Below, one piece after another: positions 10,195 through 19,883 of a stretch of DNA of 64,000 bases. Numbering within the stretch: position 1 is the stretch's first letter; each line of letters begins with the position of its first letter. The stretch comes from an uncultured Chloroflexia bacterium (GTDB lineage: Bacteria; Chloroflexota; Limnocylindria; Limnocylindrales; CSP1-4). The notes beneath the pieces are model-generated. The model did no database searches and was not told the DNA's origin. It was given only the letters and a program-made list of their open reading frames with translations. The position numbers were made by a program, and so were the translations under genes. The stretch is taken from positions 416,001-480,000 of the forward strand of contig CAVVYR010000006.1 in assembly GCA_963752475.1 (NCBI GenBank). The letters run 5' to 3'.

Positions 10195-10953
10195 TGTCAC
10201 AGATCAGCGATCCTGACCACTAACTGTTCAGCGATCCTGACCGCCCTTCCTGCTCAGCCTTGATCATCGTGTGGAGCTTCGCGCCGGGTGCGACGCGACG
10301 CCAGGGATGGGCCGGTGATGGCAGGGCCGTGGCGGTCGCGGCACTCGGGGGCTTGGCTCCGGTCTCGACCCGGGCGTGACCGAGCGCCCGGAGCTGGACG
10401 GCGTCGAGCAGTGCCGGCGCACTCACGCGCCAGTCGTGGTGGCTGCCGTCGGTCTGCAGCAGCATGCCCGCCCGCGGCTTGCGGTCGCGCCGGCTCCGGT
10501 GTCGCGGCGCCCGGCGTCGGCGCTGGGCCGCACGGCCGGCAGCCCGCAGCAGCCGTCGCGGCGCGGCGCGTCCGACCTCGATGCGCTCGCGTTCGGCGAG
10601 CAGCTCGGCGAGGTGGCTGCTCGTTGACGCCGTCATAGCGCCCGACCGCGAGGTCCACGATCCTCGCCCGCGTCTCCTCCGAGCGACGGTCGACCGGCGC
10701 TCGTCCCCGGTTGCCGTGGGCGAGACCGGCGGGCCCATCGCGCTCCATCCGGGCACGCAGCCGACGGACGCTCCGCTCGGACAGGCCCGACGCGCGGGCC
10801 GCCTCGGTGACCCCGAGTTCACCGGCCATCAATCTCGAGATCACCCAGGATCGACGGTGCTCTTCCTTCGTCATCGTGATCGCCTCGTTCATCCACGCAG
10901 CATGGACAAGGTCGCTGAGCAGTTGGTGTGGTCGAAGTCGCTGAGCAACAACA
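10195..10953 (-). mobile_element. Internally deleted IS1202-family (ISNCY) element, 759 bp, 16-bp target duplication
   Basis: Both ends read TGT-N6-TCAGCGA, each with a doubled sub-terminal TCAGCGA..GACC-type repeat. Flanks are CGCCGGCCGAAGGAGA (10179-10194) and CGCCGGCCGGAGGAGA (10954-10969). Confidence 0.8.
10431..10892 (-). pseudogene. Frameshifted, truncated IS1202/ISNCY transposase
   Basis: SERSVRRLRARMERDGPAGLAHGNRGR, then a frame change to HLAELLAERERI...RSRRDRKPRAGMLLQTDGSHHDW. The rest of the DDE domain is missing. Confidence 0.85.
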
Positions 10954-10994
10954 CGCCGGCCGGAGGAGATGGACGTCCGCGATAGACTCGGGGC

Positions 10995-12287
10995 ATGGGC
11001 GCCATCGCCAGCCTTGATAGCCACATCGTCGAGGTTGCTCCGGGTGGGGAGGTCAACCTCGAAGTCAAGGTCAAGAACAACGGAAGCGTCGTTGACGAAG
11101 TCGCACTAGCCGTTCTGGGCGCATCAGCCGATTGGGCGAGCGTGCAGCCGCCATCGTTGTCGCTATTCCCGGGGGCCGAGGGCACCGCCACCGTGACGTT
11201 CCGGCCACCTCGCCTCGCTTCGACCTCTGTGGGCGAGACGCCGTTCGGCGTACGAGTCGCCTCACACGAGGACCCCGCTGGTTCGACGGTCGAAGAGGGC
11301 ACGCTGCGGGTGGGGTCATTCACCGAGGTCGGGGTCGAGTTGCAGCCGCTCTCGTCGCGCGGTGCACGCGGCGGCAAGCACGATCTCGCTATCGACAACC
11401 TCGGAAATGTGCCGCTGAACGCCAACATCACCGGCATCGATCGGTCCGAGGAGCTGCGCTTCGACATCAAGCCACCCGCGGTGATGGCGGATCCCGGCGC
11501 AGCCGCGTTCGCCGAGGTCGAGGTGAAGCCCCGAGGACGCCTTTGGCGCGGCCAGCCCAAGTCACGCGGCTTCTCCATCCAGGTTGACACCCCCGGTCAG
11601 CCACCGGCACCCGTCAGCGGCACGTTCCTGCAGGAGCCGCTGCTGCCACGCTGGCTGATTCCCGCGCTGCTGGGCTTGGCGGCGTTGCTCATCGCCCTGC
11701 TGGTGCTCTGGTTCCTGGTCCTCGAGCCGTCAGTGCTCAGCACAGCCGAGAAGCGGGCCGCAGAGGCTGCCGAGGAAGTAGTGGCCCCAGCGGCCCGGAA
11801 GGCCGCGGAGGAGGCCGTTGCCCCTGTGGCCTCGCAGGCAGCGGCCGCCCAAAAGGCTGCAGAAGACGTCTTGAAGGACGTCTTGAATTCAGACGCAACG
11901 CCAACGCCGACCCCCACACCGACGCCGACCCCCACACCGACGCCGACCCCCACACCGACACCGACCCCAACGCCGGTCTCGCTCCTTGCGGAGGGTGACC
12001 CGGCCGCCGGCCGGCTAACCGGTAGCAGCACACCCACTCCGATTTCACCGACTTCAGGCAAGACTCTCTACGTCACCGACCTCGTCTTCTCCAATCCGGA
12101 ACGGGAGACTGGCGAAGTGCGCCTGATGCGCAACAACAGCACGCTCCTGCTCCTGCAGCTAGAGAACTTCCGGGATCTGGACTTCCACTTCGTCACACCG
12201 ATCGTCTTCGAGGAGAGCGACACCATCGGGCTTTGGTGCGAGAGCTGCTCGATGGCGGCGTTGTTCTACTCAGGCTACGAGCGCTAG
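10995..12287 (+). CDS. SCO4256-like 'hydrolytic protein'/COG1470-type eCIS-associated membrane protein
   Basis: V.PGGEV...VKNNGSVVDE...WASVQPPSLSLFPG.EGT..VTF.PPR...PFGVRV..DNLGN..L pattern, one TM helix, PT repeat, small C-terminal domain. Confidence 0.75.
   Translation: MGAIASLDSHIVEVAPGGEVNLEVKVKNNGSVVDEVALAVLGASADWASVQPPSLSLFPGAEGTATVTFRPPRLASTSVGETPFGVRVASHEDPAGSTVEEGTLRVGSFTEVGVELQPLSSRGARGGKHDLAIDNLGNVPLNANITGIDRSEELRFDIKPPAVMADPGAAAFAEVEVKPRGRLWRGQPKSRGFSIQVDTPGQPPAPVSGTFLQEPLLPRWLIPALLGLAALLIALLVLWFLVLEPSVLSTAEKRAAEAAEEVVAPAARKAAEEAVAPVASQAAAAQKAAEDVLKDVLNSDATPTPTPTPTPTPTPTPTPTPTPTPTPVSLLAEGDPAAGRLTGSSTPTPISPTSGKTLYVTDLVFSNPERETGEVRLMRNNSTLLLLQLENFRDLDFHFVTPIVFEESDTIGLWCESCSMAALFYSGYER
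11898..11975 (+). repeat. (Thr-Pro)n coding repeat
   Basis: ACGCCGACCCCCACACCG-type units encoding TPTPTP. Confidence 0.85.
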
Positions 12288-12297
12288 GTTCGACGGC

Positions 12298-14589
12298 ATG
12301 CGGCAGGTCGCCGTCGTCCTCCTCGCCATCCTCATTCTCGTGGTTGGCGCCGTTGGGCTACTGCCCCGAGCATGGGTCACGGCTCAGGAAGGCGAAACTC
12401 CGCCGACTCCCACGATTCGGTCTTTGCGGCAATGCGCGCCGCCCGGCCAACGTGCTGCTTGGACTGTCGCTGGGAGTGGCTTCCCTCGCGGAAGCACGGT
12501 GCGGGTCACATTCATGCCTTATGGCGACTTGCTGTTCGACGCCACGGACATCGAGTTCGCCAGCCTCGTCAGCCCAGCTTCGCTTGTCGCTCCACGGTCC
12601 GCCGGTGAGGTCAGCAGGGGTGATGACGTCGGCATCGTAGTGGTCGAGCCCGAGGCCGAGCCCGAGGCCATGAGTTCAGTCGACGTCCAAGTCGATGACC
12701 TGGGCACTTTCCGTGCAGGAGTTGATGACATCTTCTTCCCCTTGGGCTACGAACACCGGGTGACGGCCCGAGTGACTGATGAGGGTGGGGACCGGGCCGC
12801 GACCACGATCAGGGACTGCGGAGATGTGGATGTCGTGGCTACGCCCCGTTGTTCGAACGGGCGGGCCACGTCGATCGGTGTCCAAGTCTCCGGTGAAGGC
12901 GTGGAGATCGACCACTACCCGGAGATATGGGTCTGTGGCGAGAACCGAGCGCACTGCATCGTCGAGGGTGCCCTCTACTACGACCCGGGCAACAATCTCT
13001 CCAACGCAGCAGGAGGCATCAGCACTGAGATTCCAGTTGACCGGTTACCTGCTGGGATCTACCAGGTCTGGTATTCCGACGCTTGGGGCCGATTCGATCG
13101 GGGCTGGAGGGGAATGGACTGGGTGGACACAAGCTGTTCGCCGCCCCCGACCCTCTCAGCGTCACCGAAGTGTGAACCGGCTGGTTCACCTCCATCGCGG
13201 ATGCCGGTCCGTGTGACGGGGACAGGATTCCATCCGGACAGACGTATCGAGATCGTCTTCGATCCGGATCGGAGTTACGAGCTCTGGCGGGTCAGAGCCG
13301 ATGCTCAGGGGAGTTTCGATGCTCTCATCTACCCGTATCGTCGAAGCAACGGCGTGTACAACGTCCGCGCCCGCTCCCCGGGTGAGCTAGGCGACCTGGC
13401 GCCACCGATGCGAGTGGCCCGAGACTCGATCGAGGTGCCATGCCCGAGGCCCGTGACGCCGCCTCCTGGCGGGGACGAGGTCACCCCTCCTGGCGGGGAC
13501 GAGGTCACCCCTCCTGGCGGGGACGAGGTCACCCCTCCTGGCGGGGACGAGGTCACCCCTCCTGGCGGGGACGAGGTCACCCCACCACCACCCCCGCCGA
13601 CGGTCCCGCCGAGGCCCAAGGCGACGCTGACGACGGAACCGACCTGCGTCCGTCCGGCTATCCAGGGCGACGAGCCGCGCCTGATCTCGCTCCACATCCA
13701 GGGCAAGGGTTGGGATCCTGGTCCGGTCACCATCGACTACGACGCGCCGGGCAAACTGCCTGGGCGATCGTTCACGAGGAGAGCCGACCGATTGGGCCGC
13801 ATCGACGACACGGTCCGGATCCGGGCCCCAGCTAGCGGTACGGCCGGGATCACCGCGCGGCAGACGGTCGCGAAGGTCGGCTCGATCATCGCTCGCGGAC
13901 GCACCCAGCAGATCTCGGCGAAGGCGCGGGTGACCGTGCCCTGCCGCAAGAGGGAGCCACCGCCGCTCACCATCAGGCCGGAGTGCGGGATCCCGGCCGA
14001 AGGGATTCCGGACGCCTACGCGATCACCGTCATCGGCAAGGACTTCTACCGCGGGTCCGACGTGTCCATCAGGTACGGCGCTGCTGACCGGCGGGAGTGG
14101 TTCAGCGCCCATCCGGAGACGAGTGGCCGGATCAAGACGACCATCGTGGTCGATGGCCGCCGAGACGAGCCTGTGCCGATCGTCGCAGAGCAGCTCGACA
14201 CACGAGGTCTCGCGGTCGCCCGTTCCTCGGCGCGCTTCACCGTTCCCTGTCCGATCGATCCGACTATCACCATCGAGCCTGAGCAGGGTCCTCCCGGCTA
14301 CACCGCGCTCGTCATGGGGGATGACTTCTGGCCCGGCACGACCGTGACGTTGCGCTGGGATACGGGCATCGACGCTGGACACGAGTACCAGGTCCAGGTT
14401 CAAGAGGACGGGACGTTCGAGACCTACCTCCTGATCATGCACCACGACTGGCCCGGCAAGCGCAACCTGAGGGCTGGCATGCCCGGCGAGCCCGACGTCT
14501 TCCCCGATGCCGAGGACGACTACCTCGTGGTCCCGGAGTCGGGCCAACCCGCGGGTGAGCCCGGCGACCAGGTCATCGATCGCCGCTGA
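12298..14589 (+). CDS. Large secreted multi-domain (Ig-like, Cys-paired) protein
   Basis: Signal/TM N-terminus. Repeated modules of the form P.C....(V/I).G.GF.PG...I.F; internal PPGGDEVT x5. Co-oriented 10 bp after the SCO4256-like gene. Confidence 0.7.
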   Translation: MRQVAVVLLAILILVVGAVGLLPRAWVTAQEGETPPTPTIRSLRQCAPPGQRAAWTVAGSGFPRGSTVRVTFMPYGDLLFDATDIEFASLVSPASLVAPRSAGEVSRGDDVGIVVVEPEAEPEAMSSVDVQVDDLGTFRAGVDDIFFPLGYEHRVTARVTDEGGDRAATTIRDCGDVDVVATPRCSNGRATSIGVQVSGEGVEIDHYPEIWVCGENRAHCIVEGALYYDPGNNLSNAAGGISTEIPVDRLPAGIYQVWYSDAWGRFDRGWRGMDWVDTSCSPPPTLSASPKCEPAGSPPSRMPVRVTGTGFHPDRRIEIVFDPDRSYELWRVRADAQGSFDALIYPYRRSNGVYNVRARSPGELGDLAPPMRVARDSIEVPCPRPVTPPPGGDEVTPPGGDEVTPPGGDEVTPPGGDEVTPPGGDEVTPPPPPPTVPPRPKATLTTEPTCVRPAIQGDEPRLISLHIQGKGWDPGPVTIDYDAPGKLPGRSFTRRADRLGRIDDTVRIRAPASGTAGITARQTVAKVGSIIARGRTQQISAKARVTVPCRKREPPPLTIRPECGIPAEGIPDAYAITVIGKDFYRGSDVSIRYGAADRREWFSAHPETSGRIKTTIVVDGRRDEPVPIVAEQLDTRGLAVARSSARFTVPCPIDPTITIEPEQGPPGYTALVMGDDFWPGTTVTLRWDTGIDAGHEYQVQVQEDGTFETYLLIMHHDWPGKRNLRAGMPGEPDVFPDAEDDYLVVPESGQPAGEPGDQVIDRR
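13462..13584 (+). repeat. 24-bp tandem repeat x5 (PPGGDEVT)
   Basis: CCTCCTGGCGGGGACGAGGTCACC repeated five times. Confidence 0.95.
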
Positions 14590-14595
14590 AAGGCG

Positions 14596-17046
14596 CTACG
14601 GCTGGATCTCGAGGTCGATCAGTGCGGACTGTGCCATCTCATCGGGCCGCTCGAAGGCGGGGATGGCCAGCCGGTAGCAGCCATCCCCGCTGACTCCGAT
14701 GACGGCGATGCTCAGGCCTCCGCGGGTGCGGTAGGTCGAGACATCCTTGATCGTCTCGGTTCCGTCGGGTGTGAAGTGCAGGAAGCCGGTGGCATCCTGG
14801 AGTCCGGGACCGAACCGAAGGACGATTGCCGTGTCGCCGCCCTCGGGAGGATCGACATCGAAGTCCGCGAGCAGGCTCGGGTCATTGGCGGGCCCAAGGT
14901 CGACTTGGACGGTCGACGAGTTCGTTGCGGCGGCGCCGCGAGGCTCGAGGTCGAAGAGCACCCGCTCGGTGGCGCCGGTGCGCTCGAAGCGGAGTTGCGT
15001 GACCGTCCAGCCTCGATCCAATGGGTCACTGACCTCGTCGCTGCGCGTGCAGGCGAACGGAGTCGGCTCAGGCCCTTCCACACCTTCCTCTTCGGACCCT
15101 TCCTCTTCGGACCCTTCCCCGTCCCCGGTTCCGACGCTCGCGCGGCCCAGGTCGCGTGCGTTGTTGCTCCACCACCTGACGAGGCGCTGGAGGTCGGCAT
15201 TGGTGGCATCGACCACGCCATACATCCCGCTTCGTTCGTCGGTCCACCGGATCTTGGCGATGCCGTCCTGCACGTAGCATGCGATCTCGCCGTTGGTCCA
15301 GCGCTTCCGGCCGCCGGCACCGTTCGCGCACGCATCCTCTGTCTCGTCAGGCGTGGGCTTGATGCGACCGACTCGATCGAGCCAGTACGCGTCGAGGTCG
15401 GCTGGCTTCGGGAAGGTGTAGATCGCCAACTGGCTGACACGCCCACCAGGCTTGTCGCACCAGATGGCCCCCTTGGCACCGGCTTGAAGCGGCTCGTCGG
15501 TGCTCCTGCGCCAGGGTTTGCAGGTGAAGGCTGACGCACGTTCAAGGAGATCCTCTCGACCGCGCGTCGGGTCACTGGCCGAGACACGGGCTCCGGCGTG
15601 CGGCTCCGGCGTCGGCTCGGGCGTCGGCTCGGGCGTCGGCTCGGGCGTCGGCTCGGGCGTCGGCTCGGGCGTCGGCTCGGGCGTCGGCTCGGGCGTCGGC
15701 TCGGGCGTGGGCTCGGCGTCGGCTCGGGCGTCGGCTCGGGCGTCGGCTCCGGCGTCGGCTCGGGCGTCGGCTCGGGCGTCGGCTCGGGCGTCGGCTCGGG
15801 CGTCGGCTCGGGCGTCGGCTCGGGCGTCGGCTCCGGCGTCGGCTCGGGCGTCGGCTCGGGCGTCGGCTCGGGCGTCGGCTCGGGCGTCGGCTCGGGCGTC
15901 GGCTCGGGCGTCGGCTCGGGCGTCGGCTCGGGCGTCGGCTCGGGCGTCGGCTCGGGCGTGGGCTCCGGCGTCGGCTCGGGCGTCGGCTCGGGCGTCGGCT
16001 CGGGCGTCGGCTCGGGCGTCGGCTCGGGCGTCGGCTCGGGCGTCGGCTCGGGCGTCGGCTCCGGCGTCGGCTCGGGCGTCGGCTCGGGCGTCGGCTCGGG
16101 CGTCGGCTCGGGCGTCGGCTCGGGCGTCGGCTCGGGCGTCGGCTCGGGCGTCGGCTCGGGCGTCGGCTCGGGCGTCGGCTCGGGCGTGGGCTCCGGCGGA
16201 GGTATGACGGTCGGCGGCGGTATGTCAGTCGGCGGCGGCGTGAGCACAGTCGTCCTTCTCGGTGTCGGCGTGATTGAGGCTGCGTCCGTAGGTGCCGCCG
16301 TGAGCTCTGAGCTTGGTTCTTCCGAGGGCGTACCCGACATCGACATGAAGAGGAAAGCGCCGATGACGACGATCAGCAGTGCACCGAGGACGCCACCGGT
16401 GACAGCGACCGATCTACTGCCGCCTCCGCCCGAACCGGATGTGTTTGACACCGAGACCGTGCCAGCCGTGAGCGGAGCCATGGCCTTGCGTGCCTCGGTG
16501 AGCTCAGATCCACAACGCTGGCAGAAGGTGCGTCCAGGATCGTTGCGCAGGCCACAGCGCGGACACGGCACAGGCGGTGGCAGTTGACCGACCGGTGGGG
16601 GCACCCGCGGAGGGGGAGGAGCCGGCGGAGGAGCTGCCGGTGGCTGAAGTCGTTCCGATGGCGCTGATCCAGACGGGAACGGCGGTGGAGGCGGAGCCGT
16701 GTCCTTCGACGCGTCGGGTTCGCTTCCCGATCGATCGCTCCGGGTGGACGCCGTCCGCAGGCTCGGCAACCGGGATGACGTCTTCACCTGGCTCGGCTGG
16801 CGTGGACGCCTCATCCTCGACAGGCGGCTGGGCTTGCACCGCATCCACGGGCTCGACAGCCGGGATATCCGCCTCATCCGGTTCACCTGTCTCGGGTGGC
16901 TCGGGCTCAACGACCTCGTCCCTCGAGGACTCGGCCGAGTCCGAGGCCATAGGCGGACTGTCCAGCAGCGACCCACACTCCCCGCAGAAGAAGTCATCCG
17001 CTGCGTTGGCAGTTCCACACTTGGGGCAAACCAGGCCCGAATTCAT
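14596..17046 (-). pseudogene. Double zinc-ribbon, single-TM, PEPT-repeat protein (CisA/SCO4242-like adaptor) with two frameshifts
   Basis: [19 protein letters not shown] and [21 protein letters not shown] helix, about 50 PEPT repeats, Cys-rich extracellular domain. Frame changes at about 16735 (CGATCGATCG) and about 15714 (11-bp repeat unit). Confidence 0.7.
15589..16197 (-). repeat. 12-bp tandem repeat, about 50 copies (PEPT)
   Basis: GGCTCGGGCGTC unit on the + strand, with one 11-bp unit near 15714. Confidence 0.95.
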
Positions 17047-17274
17047 GGGCCTTCAGTCTAGGACTGCCACCGCTGTCTACTCAAGGGCTGTTCGGGCAGA
17101 GTCACCGCACGGCTGTCGGGTCTACACGCCGAGCGCGTGCGACTCCGCGTCGTTCAGCGGCGCCACCGCTGAATGGCTCGACCCCGCTGATACCCTTGCT
17201 GCGTAACGCGGACACAGGGCGCCAGAGGACCCGCAAGTCCCAGACTGCGCCATCTGGAAAGGACACGGTGCGCC

Positions 17275-17871
17275 GTGAGGACTGCGAAGTCAGGCGTTAT
17301 CCCCATCCTCCTCATCAGCCTGCTGGCTGGCCCGGTGACCGGAGTGGCAGCGCAGGACGAGGCCGACAAGACGTACTACGAACCGCAACTCCAAGGCGAG
17401 CTGACGGGCACCTTGGTCGCCGACACGGCAAACCCACTCGGCTGTGACTCGTTCAACGGCCCTGACGGCCGGGAGTACCCCGCCGTCACTCTGTCAGGTA
17501 CGGCCACAGGTACCATCCCGTATCTCGGCGAGATGGTCACCATGAGCTCGCAGCACTGCCTCGTGCCCAAGCGGATCATGGGGAACATTAGGAAGGGCAG
17601 CTTCACCTTAACCGACGAAGGAGGTTGGGAGGTCGGCGGCAAGTTCAATGGAGATTGCATCCCATCGCTCGTGCTCGAGGAGGGAGCCAGTTACTTGTGC
17701 ACGGCCATGCTCAAAGCGAAGGGGGCGCCGTTCCCGGAGGCGAGTACGGGCTCGGGGAAGATCCGCATGATGGGGGAGATATGGCACGAAGGGATCGACG
17801 AAGACGGCGTCCCGTACGCGATGCCCATGGAGCTCCGTCTCGAGGGCTACTACCAGCTTGGCGACACCTGA
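17275..17871 (+). CDS. Secreted hypothetical protein
   Basis: Signal peptide MRTAKSGVIPILLISLLAGPVTGVAA and a beta-rich mature domain with 4 Cys. Confidence 0.65.
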   Translation: MRTAKSGVIPILLISLLAGPVTGVAAQDEADKTYYEPQLQGELTGTLVADTANPLGCDSFNGPDGREYPAVTLSGTATGTIPYLGEMVTMSSQHCLVPKRIMGNIRKGSFTLTDEGGWEVGGKFNGDCIPSLVLEEGASYLCTAMLKAKGAPFPEASTGSGKIRMMGEIWHEGIDEDGVPYAMPMELRLEGYYQLGDT

Positions 17872-17955
17872 GCGACGCTCGACGGTGAGTCCAGCAGGAC
17901 GGTGACCGTCACGGGCGAGTACCGGAACGTACGTGACGTTCGCCCGCCAGCACGG

Positions 17956-17994
17956 TGCCCACTCGGGCAGGATGCGATGCCCACCTTGCTGCCC
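17956..17994. promoter_or_regulatory. TGCCC-N4-GGGCA box plus a second TGCCC 22 bp later, upstream of effector 2
   Basis: TGCCCACTCGGGCA-N8-TGCCC, the same geometry as 4806-4832. Confidence 0.45.
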
Positions 17995-18117
17995 GTGAGT
18001 CTGGTCGCGTCTCGCCACGACCACGAGACAATCGGTATGTAGGCGCCCGGATCGGTCGCATCGAGCACTCGTACCGACAGCCTGTCTCCGGGGTGCAGCG
18101 ACATAGCACGGAGGACC

Positions 18118-18891
18118 GTGTGGGTGGATCGTCGGCGCGAAGAGAAGTCGGACGACACGACCGGTCGGCGGCATCGGTCGCTCGCTCCGGCCAGACCAGA
18201 TCCTATCCTGAAGCCCGTCGACCTGAGGGGCGTCGTTGGTGACCACGCACCCACTGGAGAGGTCGACTCCAAGCCCCCTCCATCCAGTCATCGAGGCCGC
18301 AGTCTGGGTGCGCGCGAGTTGCTCTCGATTCAGCGTTCCGCTGGCAATCAGGCTGTGGTGCATCTCCTTGATGCCAAGGCGGGAACAAGTACCGCCGGAG
18401 CCGAGACGAAGGAGGTGAACCCCCCGCCCGGGCCGTACACGGGGAGGCGGATACGGAACGACAAGCTGGATAAGTACGAGTCCAACAAGCACCTGTTCAA
18501 GCCGGGCATCTTCAAGGAGTACGGCCCCTACGCGGAGGAATGGGCGCCCCTCGACGGCTATTTGAAGCGTGTCTGGGTCACGAACGCTGGATCGGATGCG
18601 GGCGTCCGGCTCAACGCTGACCTGCGGAAGTCGATGATGGGCATCCTCGAGAGGTTCATCTCGGCGAAGGCGGCGGACATCCGTCGAACGCGACCGGGCC
18701 GGGCACAAGACGATGCCCTGAGGAATGCTATCTGGGGTGAGAGCGGCAAGCAGTACACGTTTGCGCGCAGACGCGCCTGGGCGGAGTACCTTCGTAGTAA
18801 CTACCGGCACTTCCACGAATGGGCGGCCGTGCGCTTCGGCCTCGTAGAGCCGCCGTATGCATACCACGCCAAGCGAAAGGCCGCGAAGTGA
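18118..18891 (+). CDS. Candidate eCIS effector 2 (QRxxGNxAV leader, unknown basic C-terminus)
   Basis: GGAGG RBS before GTG. IQRSAGNQAV at 18328-18357. 19 bp identical to effector 1 (CAGCGTTCCGCTGGCAATC). Confidence 0.7.
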   Translation: MWVDRRREEKSDDTTGRRHRSLAPARPDPILKPVDLRGVVGDHAPTGEVDSKPPPSSHRGRSLGARELLSIQRSAGNQAVVHLLDAKAGTSTAGAETKEVNPPPGPYTGRRIRNDKLDKYESNKHLFKPGIFKEYGPYAEEWAPLDGYLKRVWVTNAGSDAGVRLNADLRKSMMGILERFISAKAADIRRTRPGRAQDDALRNAIWGESGKQYTFARRRAWAEYLRSNYRHFHEWAAVRFGLVEPPYAYHAKRKAAK

Positions 18892-19619
18892 AGCGAGGCA
18901 CTGGATTGCCGCTGCCAGCGCTCGTCTTCGTCACGCTTCTGCTAGTGCCGCTGGCCGCGCAACTGGCTGCTGCGGCGGACCCGACGCCATCGCCAACTGC
19001 GACACCGGACTGGGTACACCACCACGAGCCCAACCCGGGACCCTGCACGTTCGATTTCGTGCGTGACCTGCCTGGATACGACGCGACTGGCGTGGCGAGG
19101 AACACATACGCGGCCGCGGCGGTCGAGGATGGCGAGCTCATCTGTGGCGGACCCGGCGACGACTGGGTACGTCAGATGGACGGGGGCACCTTCGATGGCG
19201 GTGGCCAGGATGACGAGGTCGAGTACATGTTCGGTGGTGCATTTGTGGGTGGCGGCGGCACTGACTCGGTCGATGTGATGCTCGGTGGCACCTTCGAGGG
19301 TGGTTACCTCAGTGACTTCGTCGAGCGCCTCGATGGCGGCGTGTTCAGCGGAGGACCGGGCCACGACGGGATCGACCAGATGTACTCAGGCGGCTTCGAC
19401 GGCGGCGGAGGAAATGACTACGTCAACCAGCTAGGCGGTGAACCGGAGATGTTCGGCACACCCAGATTCGATGGCGGCGCCGGCCGTGACAGAGTCGAGT
19501 CGTTCTGGCATGGCACATTCGACGGGGGCAATGGCATCGACACTGTCGAGGACGCGTCTTCTCTCCACGCTATCGAGTGCATCAGCGTGGAGAGAGCTCT
19601 GGACTGCCACTCCCCGTAG
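18888..19619 (+). CDS. Secreted RTX-like (F.GG.G.D.V) repeat protein
   Basis: GTG start overlaps the effector 2 stop (GTGA). Signal peptide and about 8 GGxGxD-like repeats. Confidence 0.8.
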   Translation: MKRGTGLPLPALVFVTLLLVPLAAQLAAAADPTPSPTATPDWVHHHEPNPGPCTFDFVRDLPGYDATGVARNTYAAAAVEDGELICGGPGDDWVRQMDGGTFDGGGQDDEVEYMFGGAFVGGGGTDSVDVMLGGTFEGGYLSDFVERLDGGVFSGGPGHDGIDQMYSGGFDGGGGNDYVNQLGGEPEMFGTPRFDGGAGRDRVESFWHGTFDGGNGIDTVEDASSLHAIECISVERALDCHSP

Positions 19620-19883
19620 TCTCGGTTCGACGCGGGATGGTCGAGCGACAAGGAGTTGTTCTCTGAAGCCGTTCATCCCCTGGGACCAGCCGGTTCCACC
19701 CATCGCGCCGTGTGAGCGCCAAGGCCGATGGCCGCCGTCACCAACATCTGTGGAGACGCTGTCGTCCACCATCAGGATCGTTGCACGCCCCCTGCTGCAC
19801 CCAGACACGGTCGGCATGAACCCCGCGGTGAGGCCGACCCGGCGGGAGCATGACGTGTTGAGGCCACCCCTACACGTTCGAGT

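Noticed and set aside
15589-16197. Long repeat tract as a CRISPR array or ncRNA array
   Set aside because: It is spacer-less 12-bp tandem units encoding PEPT within a CDS, and there are no cas genes.
19620-19883. Possible small immunity ORF or sRNA between convergent effector-region genes
   Set aside because: No convincing RBS, ORF or stable structure was recognisable by eye.
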